Assembly: GCF_963921235.1 (NCBI RefSeq)
Contig: NC_086097.1
Span: forward strand, 166,968,001-167,032,000
From: Mobula hypostoma
Taxonomy: Eukaryota
Length of the DNA: 64,000 bases
Direction of reading: 5' to 3'
In this document: piece by piece, positions 1-13,171 of the stretch
How positions within the stretch are numbered: position 1 is the first letter of the stretch
Layout of the letters: the number at the start of each line of letters is the position of its first letter
The notes under the pieces: model-generated
The model's input: the letters and a program-made list of their open reading frames with translations, nothing else
Told to the model about the DNA's origin: nothing
The model's database searches: none
Made by a program: the position numbers and the translations under genes

Positions 1-2329
1 AGAATCATGAAATGGAACAGCACAGAGAGAGTTTGTTATGACGTAATGAATTCTTTCAGTTTTCCCCTTCTTTGATATTTCCCTCTTTTGATCTTCTACA
101 GATATATGTTGCAGTCTAAATAACTTTTAGTTAAATCTGGTCCCTAACCGCAACTGTTGTCTAAAGACAGTCTGACAAGTACTTGGTGAAAGATTTTCCT
201 TGGCAAGTAAAGGTCTTGCTTTTTGCTTGGAATTAATTCTTAGTTGTGCCACTGTGAAACTACCCTGGGCAGTCAGTGCAGCTGTACAGCATGGCAGTAC
301 ATTCATGATCTATTATATGTTTACATATTCACTCTGTGGGTCTCCCTTCTCAATCAGAAGCATGCTCAGAGAGAAAACAAAATAAAGCATGGTCTGAAAA
401 TGAGCACAAGGGAGCTAGAACCAACAAACAAAAATATATTCAAAGCAGGTCGTCAGAATCATTTCCCTGAAATTCAGGAAAACAGCTGGTTAAGAGTAAT
501 CAGCAGACATACTGAGTCGAATTGTTCAACTTAAAGCTTTTGGCAGAGCTTGCATTGGCTTAATAATGTATAGGATTACCAGAGCTAATTACATCAGAAT
601 GAACACGGATGGAAAAAGATAACATGCAAGTCTCGAGATCCATGCGCTTCATTCACCTGACTAAGCATAACCTAAACTGCGACATTGAGAAATGTAAGGA
701 AGGCCTTGTTAGCCTTTATTATTTTACACCCAGAATTATTGGAAATTTGAATGTGGTTACGTTCACTTTTAAGAGTCCAATTTTGTGGCCCAGTGTTTTC
801 AGAGAACATAAGAGCTTGGAATAAAAAAGCAGTGGACTCCTCACTGACCAGAAAGCCCTGGATTGCTTGTCCAACACCAAAAGATCGATAAGGATAAGAT
901 AGTTTCAGACTGGAGACCAGAGCAGTGGAGTTCCTGGGGACTGTTGTTCATCTGTGATTAGCTCCTTGTCAGCTGTGTACTGGCACTGCCCACCATCCTG
1001 TCCCACTCACCCACAACCATCATCACTGCAATGTCAGAAATTTTAACACGTAGTCCAAGAAGCATAAACAGACCAAGGAAGGTCAGCCTTAGTGACACAT
1101 GAAACTGCAGATGCTGGGATTTGCTGCAACACACTCAGCTCATTAGACTGGAAGGGAATGTACAGAAGATAGTTTGGGTCAAGACCCTTTATCTGGACTG
1201 CAAAGAAAGAGGGGCGAGAGCCAAAAAATGGTGGGGTGGAGGGTTGGGGTGGAGTAAGAGCTGACAGGTGATCATTGGATCCAGGTGATTAAAGGTGATA
1301 CACACAAAATTCTGCAGGTGCTGGAAATCCAGAACAACGCACACAAAATTCTGGAGGGATTGAGAGGTAAAAATGCTGGAGGGGCTCCGGGAACTCTTGT
1401 GTTTATGCTCATCTATTCAGGAACAGCTTCTTCCGCTCCATCAGATTTCTGAATGGTCATGAACCAATGAACGCCACCTCGTGATTTTATACATCTCTAA
1501 ATGGTCACCCTCCTTCTCCTATGCTCCAAAGAATCAACTCATAGCCTGCTCAGCCTCTCCCTTTACTTGGTTCCCTGGCAACACTCCTGTAAATCTTTTC
1601 CACACACTTTCCATCTTTCTTCAAACCCCTTAAATAAGCTCTTTTTCAGCGAGAGATAAAAGATCCCTGTGAGGTGTGGGAGTCTGTTACCTGCTTACCA
1701 CTTGGCTAAGGAAGAGAATATGATAGAAAATGATGTGTATGGATTTTTTTTTTATTTGCAAACTACCAAACATCTGTTATACAGTAAATCTAATTCTTCA
1801 CTTTGAATAATGAGATCTTGTAGAATTGTATTTCCGTACCAAACTATTGTTTGGAAGGAAGGAAATATATTTTAAATACTCTTAACAAATATAATTACTT
1901 CGAGCAAGAAATTCAACTCCACTCAATAGATAGTCAAATACTTTGAATGCATGTGGCTTTACTCACGGTTGCTGCAGCTAGCTTGTTCTTTTAAAATATG
2001 AAACTCAGATGTTCAGAATTGAAACCTTAAGTATAAGCATGACACCAGTATGTCTTTCCTTCTATTAAAATCAAATGAGTTGCTTATTATTACACTGACT
2101 TCTGCTGTGTATAAATTGCAAGCCATGTTATGGCCGTGACAACATTAAAAAAAACGTAATTGACATTAAAGCACCAAAGGATGACCTGAGTTTGGAAAAG
2201 GTGCTTCATAAACACTCGAAGGCCTTATCTCAATCTTCTTTTTACTACTAATATGGATGACAGGGATTGAATTGTTACTTTCTAGGTCATGTTAGAGTCA
2301 CAAGTCATACAGCATTACAGATCACCATT

Positions 2330-3016
2330 TCTCACTGCCCATCAATGCACTATTCCACATTGCTTGTCCTCCTGATTTTCCTATACACTTTCTCTAAGTT
2401 TGACCACACATCTCCAAACTAGGGTTAATTTACAACAGCCATTTAACCTACCAACCCATGTCATGGGGATGTAGAAGGAATCGAGAGCACAGGGGGAAAT
2501 CCACACAGTCACAAGAAAGAACATGCAAACTCCACACAGCAGACATCCCACCCTGCAAAAACTCATTTCAGGGAGGTAGCACCATCAATTTGCAGGAGAC
2601 TCCTGGAACTTCCGGGAGAGGTGGGATGTCTGCAATAGAGTAGCTCCTTAGCAGCTAGCCAGCTAGTTTAAATAACGTAGCTATGCTAATGAATGAATGA
2701 CACCTGTTAAACTCACCTCAACACGTCTTTTACAGTCTTAACCCACCATGGGCAATAGAAAAGTCACTGTTGCAAACTGCAGCGAGCAACACTGTCATTA
2801 TTTTTGACCCCTATTAGGCAGGGGTTCACTTTAGTGTAGTCTGGGGTGACGTACGTTTTATATTTTCTTTTTTTGGAACACTCTGCCATGGTGTGCTCTC
2901 TCTCTCTCGTGGTTGCCCGCATGCTCTCGCTTGCTTGCTCTCTCTCTCGTGGTCACTCTCGCTTGCTTGCTCTCTCTCTCTCTCTCTCGTGGTCGCCCGC
3001 ATGCTCTCGCTTGCTT

Positions 3017-3053
<37 letters not shown>

Positions 3054-3345
3054 AAGTCACTCTCGCTTGCTTGCTCTCTCTCTCTCTCTCTCGTGGTCGC
3101 TCTTTCTCGTGGTCACTCGCGCTCTCTCTCTTGCTTTCTCTCGTTTGCGCTCAAAAAGTTTGATTTCCGTGATATTGTATATAATTTCCTGGCATCAGGG
3201 AGCCACTATTAATATGCGGGAGACTCCCGGAACTTCCAGGAGAGGTGGGATGTCTGACACAGACAGCACCTGAGGTTGGGATTGAAGCTGGACTATTGGA
3301 CCTGTGAGGCAGCAGTTTTACCAGCTGTGCCACTGCGCCAATGCC
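2330..3345 (-). mobile_element. tRNA-derived SINE (V-SINE/HE1-like), interrupted by a DNA transposon at 2540-3256
   Basis: Minus strand has a tRNA-like head (GTGGCACAGCTGGT...GCTTCAATCCC) followed by the core GTGTGGAGTTTGCATGTTCT once the insert is removed. Related copies lie near 18975, 20740, 27600 and 48880. Ends are approximate. Confidence 0.65.
2540..3256. mobile_element. Non-autonomous DNA transposon (hAT-like) with 13-bp TIRs and 6-bp TSD; CT-rich interior
   Basis: Starts CAGACATCCCACC and ends GGTGGGATGTCTG (perfect 13-bp inverted repeat). Flanked by ACACAG at 2534-2539 and 3257-3262. Composite (CT)n repeats at about 2890-3145. Confidence 0.8.
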
Positions 3346-3619
3346 CTGGTGCATAGCTACAAGTCAACTGTATGGACTTTCTCTTGACACTTACTGCCAG
3401 ATCAAAGTATTTATCATGCATACATATATTTTGTAAATTGAAGAGCATATTCAATTATTTTATCTTCTGCTTAGACTTAGAATTTTACTTTAAATTAGAT
3501 TTTCAATTTTATTTCCTTTAATTTTTCTGCACTGTGCATATTGAGGGGCCTTAGACCACACAAATGCACAGCTCTAAGTCCTCCACCCATGTTTGGCTCA
3601 ACATCACTTCCAGAGTGAC

Positions 3620-4900
3620 AGAGTAACTGGCATGTCACTAGACACTCTACAGACTTCCACAAATTCACAGTGAAGAGTGTCCTAACTGTTGCATTATGCC
3701 CTGGTATGGAAACACTAATGCCCCCAGAAATGGAAAAGTCTACAGGAAGTAGTAGATACAGCCCGGTCCATCACAGGCAAAGCCTTCGCCACTACTGAGC
3801 ACATCCACAAGGAGCACTGGCGCAAGAAAGCAGCATCCATTATCAAGGATCCTCACAGTCCAGACCATGGCCTCTTCTTGCTACTATCATTGGGAAGGAG
3901 CTACAGAAGCTTCAGACCCCACTCTACCAGATTCAGCAACAGTTATTACCAGACAACAATCAGACTCTTGAACCAAAGTGGATAACTTCATTCATTTCAA
4001 CTCTGAACTGATTCTAAGTCCTACAGATTCACATTCAAGGACTTTACAACTCATGTCCCAGTATTATTTTTATATGCACAGTTTTTCAGGAAAGCTCACC
4101 AACATCTCTACTTTCTGAAATGGCCCAAGAGAGGTGGACTATGCACATTCTACAGGTGCACAATAGAAAGCATCTTTCATGCCGCATCACTAGATGGTAC
4201 GGAACTGCACTGAGGCAGACCAGAGGCTCTACAACAAGTAGTCAAAACTGCCCAACATGTTACAGGCACCAGCCCACTTTGCCATCAAGGACATGAACCC
4301 AGAAAGGTGCCGTAAAAGGGCCAATAATATCATGTAGGTTTCCACTCACCCTGCTCATGGACTGTTTGTCCCAGTTCCATCAGGGAGGATGCTATATAGC
4401 ATGCTTGCCTGGATGACCAGACTCAAAATCAGTTACTTTCCCAGGCAGTAAGGCTGATCAACACTTCCACCCAATAACTCACCCCACCACACCCCCCATC
4501 ACCACCACGACTTGATTATTTCTTGTTAGTCACCTTATATACAGACACTTCTATGCTTAGCGTCACCTTATGGACACACTATCTTACGTATTTATATTTA
4601 TTGTATTTTTAAATTATTGTGTTCTTTACTGTATTTTTATTGTGTGCTGCATCAGATCCAGGGTAACAATTATTTCATTCTCCTTTACACTTGTGTACCG
4701 GAAATGACATTAAACAAGGTTGAATACTTGTCTTCTTTTGCATATTGGTTGCCTATTAAGCTTTGTCAGTCTACATATAATTTTTTGTAAAGTTCTATTG
4801 TATTTCTTTTTCCTTGTAAATACCTGCAAGGAAATGAATCTAAAGGTTAAATATAGTACTGTATAGGTACTTTGATAATACATTTACTTTGAACTTTGAG
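3620..4900 (+). mobile_element. Degenerate Rex1/Babar(L2-like) LINE 3' fragments, one nested in another
   Basis: Decayed C-terminal RT-region motifs resembling the ORF at 60314-61279 occur twice, each followed by an AT-rich 3' UTR. Confidence 0.6.
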
Positions 4901-5829
4901 AGTAACTGCTCCAAAGCAGCCTGTAAACCAGCCGGCATCCAAAGAAGCAAACAGCAGAATGAGTCAGTGTCTTCAGAAACAATAGAGAAAATGATGGAGG
5001 GGAAGTAAGGTAAAATGGTTACTCATACCCAAAGGATGGCCAAAATAATAAAGCTTTTTGTATGGATTTGCATCATTAGTTGGCTGTCTTCCTGTCTGCT
5101 ATTCAATTTATCCTTTAGGGAAAGTGCTACTCTTTTACAGCTTGTCCTTGCCAAATCTAAGCTTTCAACATGGTCTGTTGCTAGAAAGGGTGCTGACGTC
5201 TGTGCATGTTACTCCAGTTATTAAAACACTACACACACGTTAACAGAAGAACAATGTACATCATGCCATCAGGACACTGCAGCAACCTTCTTACCCTCCA
5301 AATCGCTGAAAGAACGATTATCAGCACAAACAAATGTCGAAATTAATAAATTACAAATCTAGCCTGAAACAAAACTGTATTAGTCTATAGTTTGTCACTC
5401 ATCCAAACCCACCTTACAAACTGCTGGACAGTTCTATACTTGTTTATCCTCATTACATAGAACTACACAAACAAAGAATTTAATCTTTCACCCTGTTAAC
5501 AAAATCATTGATTTCCCTGAAATCATTTAAATATGTAGTTTTTTAAAAAAAGTATAATTCTGCAGCAAATGCTTATTGGACACAATGCTGTTAGTTTTCA
5601 CCCGGAAATCTAGGTGGAGATCAATACTGGGAACAGAATATTGAAATAGAAGAATGTCGGGAATGACAGATTTGTCAAACAACGGAACAAGGAGGCAACT
5701 CAGGTGACTTCCATATAGTGTCAGTCCCTCTCCCTCCTTCAAACCTCTGCCTACATGCTACATAGCTCCAGCATTTTCTGCTTTTCATTTTAAATGAACA
5801 AGTTAGAGGACTATTCACAATAGAAGAAT

Positions 5830-6340
5830 TGCTATTGGTACTGGTTTATTATCGTCTCATGTGCCAAGATACAGTGAGAAGCTGTTGCTTGTGAGCCATC
5901 CATACATATTGTAGGTGCATCAAAATAATAAGAAGGAAAACAGGGGGCAGAATACAGTGTTACAGAGGAAGTGCAGTGCAGACAATCAAATGAGGTCTGA
6001 GGGACATGACAAGGTAAATTGAAGATCAAAAGTTCACCTTTATTGTGCAAGAGGTATATTTGAGAGTGTTTTAACAGTGGAATGGAATTATACTGAGAAA
6101 CGGGTGGTACATGTTCCCAATGGCAGTGGGGGAGTAGAGGGAAGGACCAGACTGGGAGGCGTCTGATTATGTTGGCTGCTTTCCCAAGGCAGCAGGAAGT
6201 GCAGACAGAGTCAACAGACGGAAGGCTGGTTTTCGTGACAGACCAGGTTGTGTTCACAATTCTCTGCAATTTCTGTGGTCTTGGGCAACAGCAGTTGTCA
6301 TACCAGGCTGTGATGCATACAGGTAGGGATGCTTTCTAAA
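5830..6340 (-). mobile_element. Degenerate Rex1/Babar-type LINE 3' fragment
   Basis: ORF 5832-6269 begins QRIVNTTWSVTKTSLPSVDSV..CLGKAANII, like the C-terminus of 60314-61279 ([22 protein letters not shown]). Confidence 0.65.
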
Positions 6341-7661
6341 CATCAGCTTTATTTGTCACATGAACCAAGAGACACAGAGTGAAATGCATCGTTTGTGTTC
6401 CGTGTGTCTTTGGAATGTGGGCAAAAACTGGAGCACTGGGAGGACACACACACAGTCATAGGGAGTTCATATAAACGCTTAAAGACAACAGCAGGAATTA
6501 AATCCCAATCTTACAGCTGGTGGTGTAAAGCAATTGCACTAACCACTACCCTACTGGAAGATCTTGAGTTCATCTTTTAGCATATGAGACTTCAAGAGTC
6601 TGTTAGCAATGGAATAGAAGCTATCCTTCTTCTATTCAATAATTTTCTTACAAAATACATATCAATATTTTTCTTACCTCCAGACTAAGATTTTCAATAT
6701 TTCTCTTGCTAATCTCCGTTGTGCCATTATGCCAACCCTAAACTTAGACCATAAGACATAGGAGCAGAATTAGGCCATTCATCCATTAAGTCTGCTCCAC
6801 CATTCCATCATGGCTGATCCCAGATACCACTCAAACCCATACACCTGCATTCTCGTCATACCCTTTGATGCCCTGACTGATCAGGAAACCATCAAATTCT
6901 GCCTTAAGTATACCAATGGACTTGACTTCCAATGCAGTCTGTGGCAGAGGATTCCACAGGTTCACTATTTTCTGGCTAAAAGATATTCCTCCTTACCTCT
7001 GCTCTAAGAGGTCGCCCCTCAGTTTTGAGGCTGTGCCCTCTAGTTCTGGATACCCTCACCACAGGAAACATCCTCTCCACATCTGTCCTATCTAGTGCTT
7101 TCAACATTTGGTTTGTTTCAATGAGATTCCCACACATTCTTCGAAATTCCAGTGAGTACAGGCCCAAAACTGCTAAATGTTCCTCATATGTTAACCCCTT
7201 CGTTCCCGGAATCATCCTCATGAACCTCCTCTGGACTCTCTCCAATGACAATACATGCTTTCTGAGATAAGGGGTCCAAAACCGTCGATAATACTCCAAG
7301 TGTGTCCTGACTAGTGTCTTATAAAGCTTCAGCATTATCTCCTTGCTTTTATATTATATTCCCCTTGAAAGAAATGCCAACATTGCATTTGCCTTCTTTA
7401 CCACAGACTCAACCTGTAAATTAACCTACTGAGCATCCTGCACAAGTACTCCTAAGTTCCTCTGCACCTCTAATGTTTGAACCCTCTCCCCATTAGGGTA
7501 ATAGTCCACACAATAGTTCCCTTTACCAAAATGCATTATCAAACATTTCCCAACACCGTATTCCATCTGCCACTGTTTTGCACATTCTTCCAATTTGTCT
7601 AAGTCCTGCTGCAATTGCATTGCTTCCTCAGCACTACCTAACCCACCATCTATCTTTGTAT

Positions 7662-8839
7662 TGTAATGCTCTGGTTCACATCTTTACAGTTATGCTGTAG
7701 GTATTTCATTTAGCAGTTCTGTAAGAACAGTCTGTTCTGCTTTCAGCCTGTTCAGGTTACTGTTGAAGAAAAGGGATGATGTGGAATGTGTGCCATCAAA
7801 CTACTGCGAGGTTTTTCTTGGTGAGGGACAATAAGGTTGGTTTTTGGCTTTTGTTCAATGGCACATGAAGAGAGAAGACGCTGGGGAGCACTGATTGTAG
7901 CGTACGATCCGGTTGTTTGAGATGGATTGCCAGTGACATTCAGAAGGTGGTGCGCGCTTTCACGTTGACCAAGGGCCCAGCGTGCGAGTGACAGAGATGT
8001 CAAGCTGAGTTCCAACTTGTGCACATTTAACTGTTTAATTGGAATGGGCCCTTTTCTTTTTGTTATTCTTTATTAACCCTTTGTCTGATTACTTATACAC
8101 CGGTCGGGCGCCGGACGCTCGGAGAGTTTCGGCGGGGGGCAGGCGCCCGCTACTCGGCTGGGGGCCGTGGTCGAGTGGTTGGTGACCTGGGCCGGCTCCC
8201 TCACTGGACTTAGTCTGGGAGGAGGGTGTGAGGACACCCAGCAGGACTGAAAAAAACAAGACCTGACAAAGGGCAGATGAGCTCCTTGTGAGCCAACGAC
8301 CATCTTCCGTGGAAGAGATTAAAGCCTCACCATGTATCTACGAATCATATGCTATGCACCTAGTTAGAAGAGATATGATGAACTTGGGCGCTGCACCGTG
8401 TGCCTGGACCTGCCCAAGGCCACTGCCTAAAGAAAGGCCAAGCTCGAAGAAGTGGCCGCGGCTGGAAGCCGACACAGCCTCGGGCTCGAGCTCGGTGGGG
8501 GCAGCAGCAGGCAGTGCCAAGGCGGCCAGCGAGAACAAACAGGAGGAGAGACTGCACTAGGTCCTGTTGTAAGATGGAAGAAGATGGGGGTGCATTGCCG
8601 CCAACCCTGGATTCGGGACGGCACCCACTGACTGACTGACTGACTGACCCTTCAGTTAAGATTCATAAATATAATTCCTTTAATTGTAAGCAGTGTACTG
8701 TCTGTTATTTGTAACAGGGTAGTGAATTACATAACATCCACACAAAACAGGGTGGGCTTGTGCCTCAATGTCACGTGCTTGGCAGGGCCGGAAATTGTCT
8801 TCCCTTGACGTACGCAGCCGAGGAAACCAGAGTGTTTCA
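7662..8839 (+). mobile_element. Solo LTR (Gypsy-type), about 607 bp excluding its nested insert
   Basis: TG...CA termini and a 4-bp TSD GTAT (7658-7661, 8840-8843). CR1 RT sequence resumes collinearly on both sides. Shares the GAG(C/T)TCCAAC..GTGCA..GGGCCCTTTT block with the other LTRs. Confidence 0.85.
8082..8646 (+). mobile_element. GC-rich non-autonomous retroposon with (ACTG)n tail, probably RTE-mobilised
   Basis: 6-bp TSD ACCCTT at 8076-8081 and 8647-8652. Ends GGGACGGCACCC(ACTG)n. The RTE assignment is inferred from the tail only. Confidence 0.6.
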
Positions 8840-11200
8840 GTATCATCCACAATCTTTGCCACAAAGCCATCAATTCCATGATCCCAATTATCGACAAGCA
8901 ATGTGAAAAGTAGCAGTCCCAATACTGACCCTGAGGAATACCACTAGCCACAGGCAGCCAAACCGAAAAGGCCTCGTTTATTCCCACTGGCTGCCTCCTG
9001 CCTGTCAGTCATTCCTCTATCTATGCCAGTACGCATCTTTCTTGCAATACCATAGGATCTTACCTTGTTAAGCAGCTTCATGTGTGGCACCTTAACAAAT
9101 CCCTTCTGAAAATCCAACTAAATGACATCCACTGCCTCTCCTTCATCCATCCTGCTTGTTACTTCCTTGAAGAACTCTATCAAATCTGTCAGGCAGGATT
9201 TCCCTTTACAGAAACCATGTTGACTTTGAATTATTTTATCGTTAGTCTCCAAGTACTCCACAACCTCATCCTTAATAACAGACTCCAACACTTTTCCAAC
9301 CACTGAGGTTAGGTTAACTGGCCTATAATTTACCTTCTTTTGCCTTCTTCCCTTCTTAAAGCATGGAGTGACATTTGCAGTCTTCCAGTCCTCTAGGACC
9401 ATGCCAGAATCAAGTGATTTTGAAAGATCATGGCCAATGCATCTGTTATCTCTTCAGCAACCTTGCTCAGGACTCTGGGTTGCAGTCCATCTGGTCCTGG
9501 TGACTTATCTACCTTAAGACCTTTGAGCTTGCTTAACATTTTTTCCTTTGTAATAGCAATGGCACTCAGTCCTGCTCCCTGACACTCACCCCAACCTTAA
9601 CCCTGGCACACTGCTGGTGTCCTCCACAGTGAAGACAGATGCAATGTACCTATTAAGTTCATCTGCCTTTTCTTTGTCCCCCGTTACTACCTCACCAGCA
9701 TCATTTTCCAGCGGTTCAATATCAAATCTCAGCTCCATTTTACTCTTCATATAACTGAAAAAAACTTTTGGTATCCTGCTTGATATTATTGACTGGCCTC
9801 ATATTTCATCTTTTCCCTTCTTATAGCTTTCTCAGTTGTCTTTTGTTGGATTTTAAAAGCTTCCCAATCATCTAACTTCCCACTCACTTTTGCCACCTTA
9901 TATGCCCTTTCTTCAGCTTTTATACAGTACTTAACAGGTGGTTGCCTAGCCCTGCCATTTGAGAACAACTTCTTCTGTGGGACATAACTATCCTGCACCT
10001 TGTGGACTATTCCCAGAAACTTCAGCCATTTCTGCTCTGCCGTCATCCCAGCCAGTGATCCACCTGAGCAAGCTCCTCTTTCATGCCTCTCTAATTCCCT
10101 TTATTCATTGCGATACTGATACATGCAACTTATGCTTCTCCCTCTCCAAATAGGGAATGAATTCAATCATTTTATGATCTCTGCCTCCTAAGGGTTCCTT
10201 TACATTAAGCTCCCTAATAAGATCTGGGTTATTACACAACACCGAACCTAAGATAACCTTTCCCCAAGTAGGCTCAAGTACAAGCTGCTCTAAAAGGCCA
10301 TCTCAACAAACTCCCTCCCTTGCGATTGACACCAACCTGATTTTCCCAATCCACTTGCATATTGAAGTCCCCCCATTACAATTGTGTCATTACCCTTATT
10401 ACATGCCTTTTCCAGCTCCATTTGCAATCTCAATCCTACATCTTGGCTACTATTTGGAGACCTATATATGATTCCCATAATGTTTTTTTTTAACTCTTGA
10501 AGTTTCTTAACTCTGCACAAAGATTCAACGTTCTTTGATCCTATGTAACCTCTTTCTAAATATGTAATTCCATCCCTTACCAACAGAGCCACACCACCGC
10601 CGATTCTTTTGTGCCCATCCTTTCAATACAAAGTATCCTTTGATGTTAAGCTCCCAACTATTTCTTTTAGTCATGACTTTCAGCCCTCAACTACATACCG
10701 ATCAATCTCTAATTATGTCATGAGTTCGTTCACCTTATTCCGAATGCTGCACATTTAAACACAGCACCTTCAGTATGCATTCTTCGCCCTTTTGAATTTC
10801 GCTTCTGTAGTACAATTTAACTCTTTGCTCTGTCTACATTTGTACCCAGTCATTGGCTTGTTCTTCCCTACATTCATGTTACACCCATCATCTGCTTGTA
10901 AACCTACTGGCTCATCCTCAGCTCTATCATACTGGTTCCCATTCCCCTGCCATATCAATTTAAACCACTCCTGACAGCTCCAGTAAACCTGCCTGCAAGA
11001 ATATTGATCCCCCTCAGATTCAAGTGCAACCTGTCCCTTTTGTACAGGTCCCACCTGCCCAGAAGAAGTCCCAATATCCAGAAATCTAAACCCCTGCCCC
11101 CTGCTCCAATTCTTCAGCCAAATTTTTATCCGCCACCTTATTCTATTCCTGTCCTCACTGCAGAAGCAGCAATCCTGATATCCAAGGTCCTTCCCAACTC

Positions 11201-13171
11201 AAACACGAGGAAATCTGCAGATGCTGGAAGTTCAAGCAACACACATCAAAGTTGCTGGTGAATGCAGCAGGCCAGGCAGCATCTCTAGGAAGAGGTACAG
11301 TCGACGTTTCAGGCCAAGACCCTTCGTCAGGACTAACTGAAAGAAGAGCTAGCAAGAGATTTGAAAGTGGGAGGGGGAGGAGGAGATCCAAAAATGATAG
11401 GAGAAGACAGGAGGGGGAGGGATGGAGCCAAGAGCTGGACAGGTGATTGGCAAAAGGGATATGAGAGGATCATGGGACAGGAGGCCCAGGGAGAAAGAAA
11501 AGGGGGGGGGGGGAAGCCCAGAGGATGGGCAAGGGGTATAGTGAGAGGGACAGAGGGAGAAAAAGGAGAGAGAGAAAAAGAATGTGAGTTTATAAATAAA
11601 TAACGGATGGGGTATGAGGGGGAGGTGGGGCATTAGCGGAAGTTTGAGAAGTCAATGTTCATGCCATCAGGTTGGAGACTACCCAGATGGAATATAAGGT
11701 GTTGTTCCTCCAACCTGAGTGTGGCTTCATCTTTACAGTAGAGGAGGCCGTGGATAGACATATCAGAATGCGAATGGGACGTGGAACTAAAATGTGTGGC
11801 CACTGCGAGATCCTGCTTTCTCTGGCAGACAGAGCGTAGGTGTTCAGTGAAACGATCTCCCAGTCTGCGTTGGGTCTCGCCAATATATAGAAGGCCACAT
11901 TGGGAGCATCAGACGCAGTATATCACCCCAGCCGACTCACAGGTGAAGTGTCGCCTCACCTGGAAGGACTACCTGGGGCCCTGAATGGCGATAAGGGAGG
12001 AAGTGTAAGAGCATGTGTAGCACTTGTTCTGCTTACAAGGATAAGTGCCAGGAGGGAGATCAGTGGGGAGAGATGGAGGGGGGGACGAATGGACAAGGGA
12101 GTCGCGTAGGGAGCGATCCCTGTGGAAAGCGGGGGGGGGGAGGGAAAGATGTACTTAGTGGTGGGATCCCGTTGGAGGTGGCGGAAGTTACGGAGAATAA
12201 TATGTTGGACCCGGAGGCCGGTGTGGTGGTAAGTGAGGACCAGGGGAACCCTATTCCTAGTGGGGTGGCGGGAGGATGGAGTGAGAGCAGATGTGCGTGA
12301 AATGGGGGAGATGCCTTTGACAGATGGGTTTGAGAGAAGAGTTGATGGTGGAGGTAGGGAAGCCCCTTTCTTTAAAATAGGAAGACACCTCCCTCGTCCT
12401 GGAATGAAAAGCCTCATCCTGAGAGCAGATGCGGCGGAGACGGAGGAATTGCGAGAAAGGGATGGCATTTTTGCAAGAGACAGGGTGAGAAGAGGAATAG
12501 TCCAGATAGCTGTAGAGTTCATAGGCTTATAGTAGACATCAATAAATAAGCTGTCTCCAGAGATAGAGACAGAATGACCTAGGAAGGGGAGGGAGGTGTC
12601 GGACATGGACCAGGTAAAGTTGAGGGCAGGGTGGAAGATGGAGGCAAAGTTAATGAAGTCAACAAGCTCAGCATGCGTGCAGGAAGCAGCGCCAATGCAG
12701 TCGTCGATGTAGCAAAGGAAAAGTGGGGGACAGATACCAGAATAGGTTTGAAACATAGATTGTCCCACAAAGCCAACAAAAAGGGAGGCATAGCTAGGAC
12801 CCATATGGGTGCCCATAGCTGCACCTTTAGTTTGGAGGAAGTAGGAGGAACCAAAGGAGAAATTATTAAGACCAAGGACTAATTCCGCTAGACGGAGCAG
12901 AGTGGTGGTAGAGGGGAACTGATTGGGTCTGGAATCCAAAAAGAAGTGGAGAGCTTTGAGACCTTCCAGATGGGGGATGGAAGTATATAGGGACTGGACA
13001 TCCATGGTGAAAATAAAGCGGTGGGGGCCAGGGAACTTAAAATCATCGAAAAGTTTCAGACCGTGAGAAGTGTCACGAACACAGGTCGGAAGGGATTGAA
13101 CAAGGGGGGATAAAACCGTGTCGAGGTATGCAGAAACGAGTTCGGTGGGGCAGGAACAAGCTGAGACAATA
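11201..13171 (-). mobile_element. 5'-truncated Penelope-like element (RT plus GIY-YIG endonuclease, frameshifted)
   Basis: RT motifs IVSACSCPTE, FTMDVQSLYTSIPH, GAAMGTHMGPSYA and YIDD. GIY-YIG segment GVIYCV*CSQCGLLYIGETQRRLGDRFTEH at about 11835-11930. 11-bp TSD CTTCCCAACTC at 11190-11200 and 13172-13182. Confidence 0.92.
11299..11334 (-). ncRNA. Minimal type I hammerhead ribozyme motif
   Basis: Minus strand reads AGUC-CUGACGA-A-GGGU(CUUG)GCCU-GAAAC-GUC/GACU: core CUGANGA and GAAA, stem I AGUC/GACU, stem II, palindromic ACGU stem III, GUC cleavage triplet. Confidence 0.8.

Noticed and set aside
2846..3273. Leu/Ser-rich ORFs that look like membrane proteins
   Set aside because: They are translations of the (CT)n composite repeat inside a transposon.
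5527..5742. ORF containing SVIPDILLF, faintly like PIEZO2 VFVPDIGMF
   Set aside because: Surrounding residues do not match and there are no suitable splice sites.
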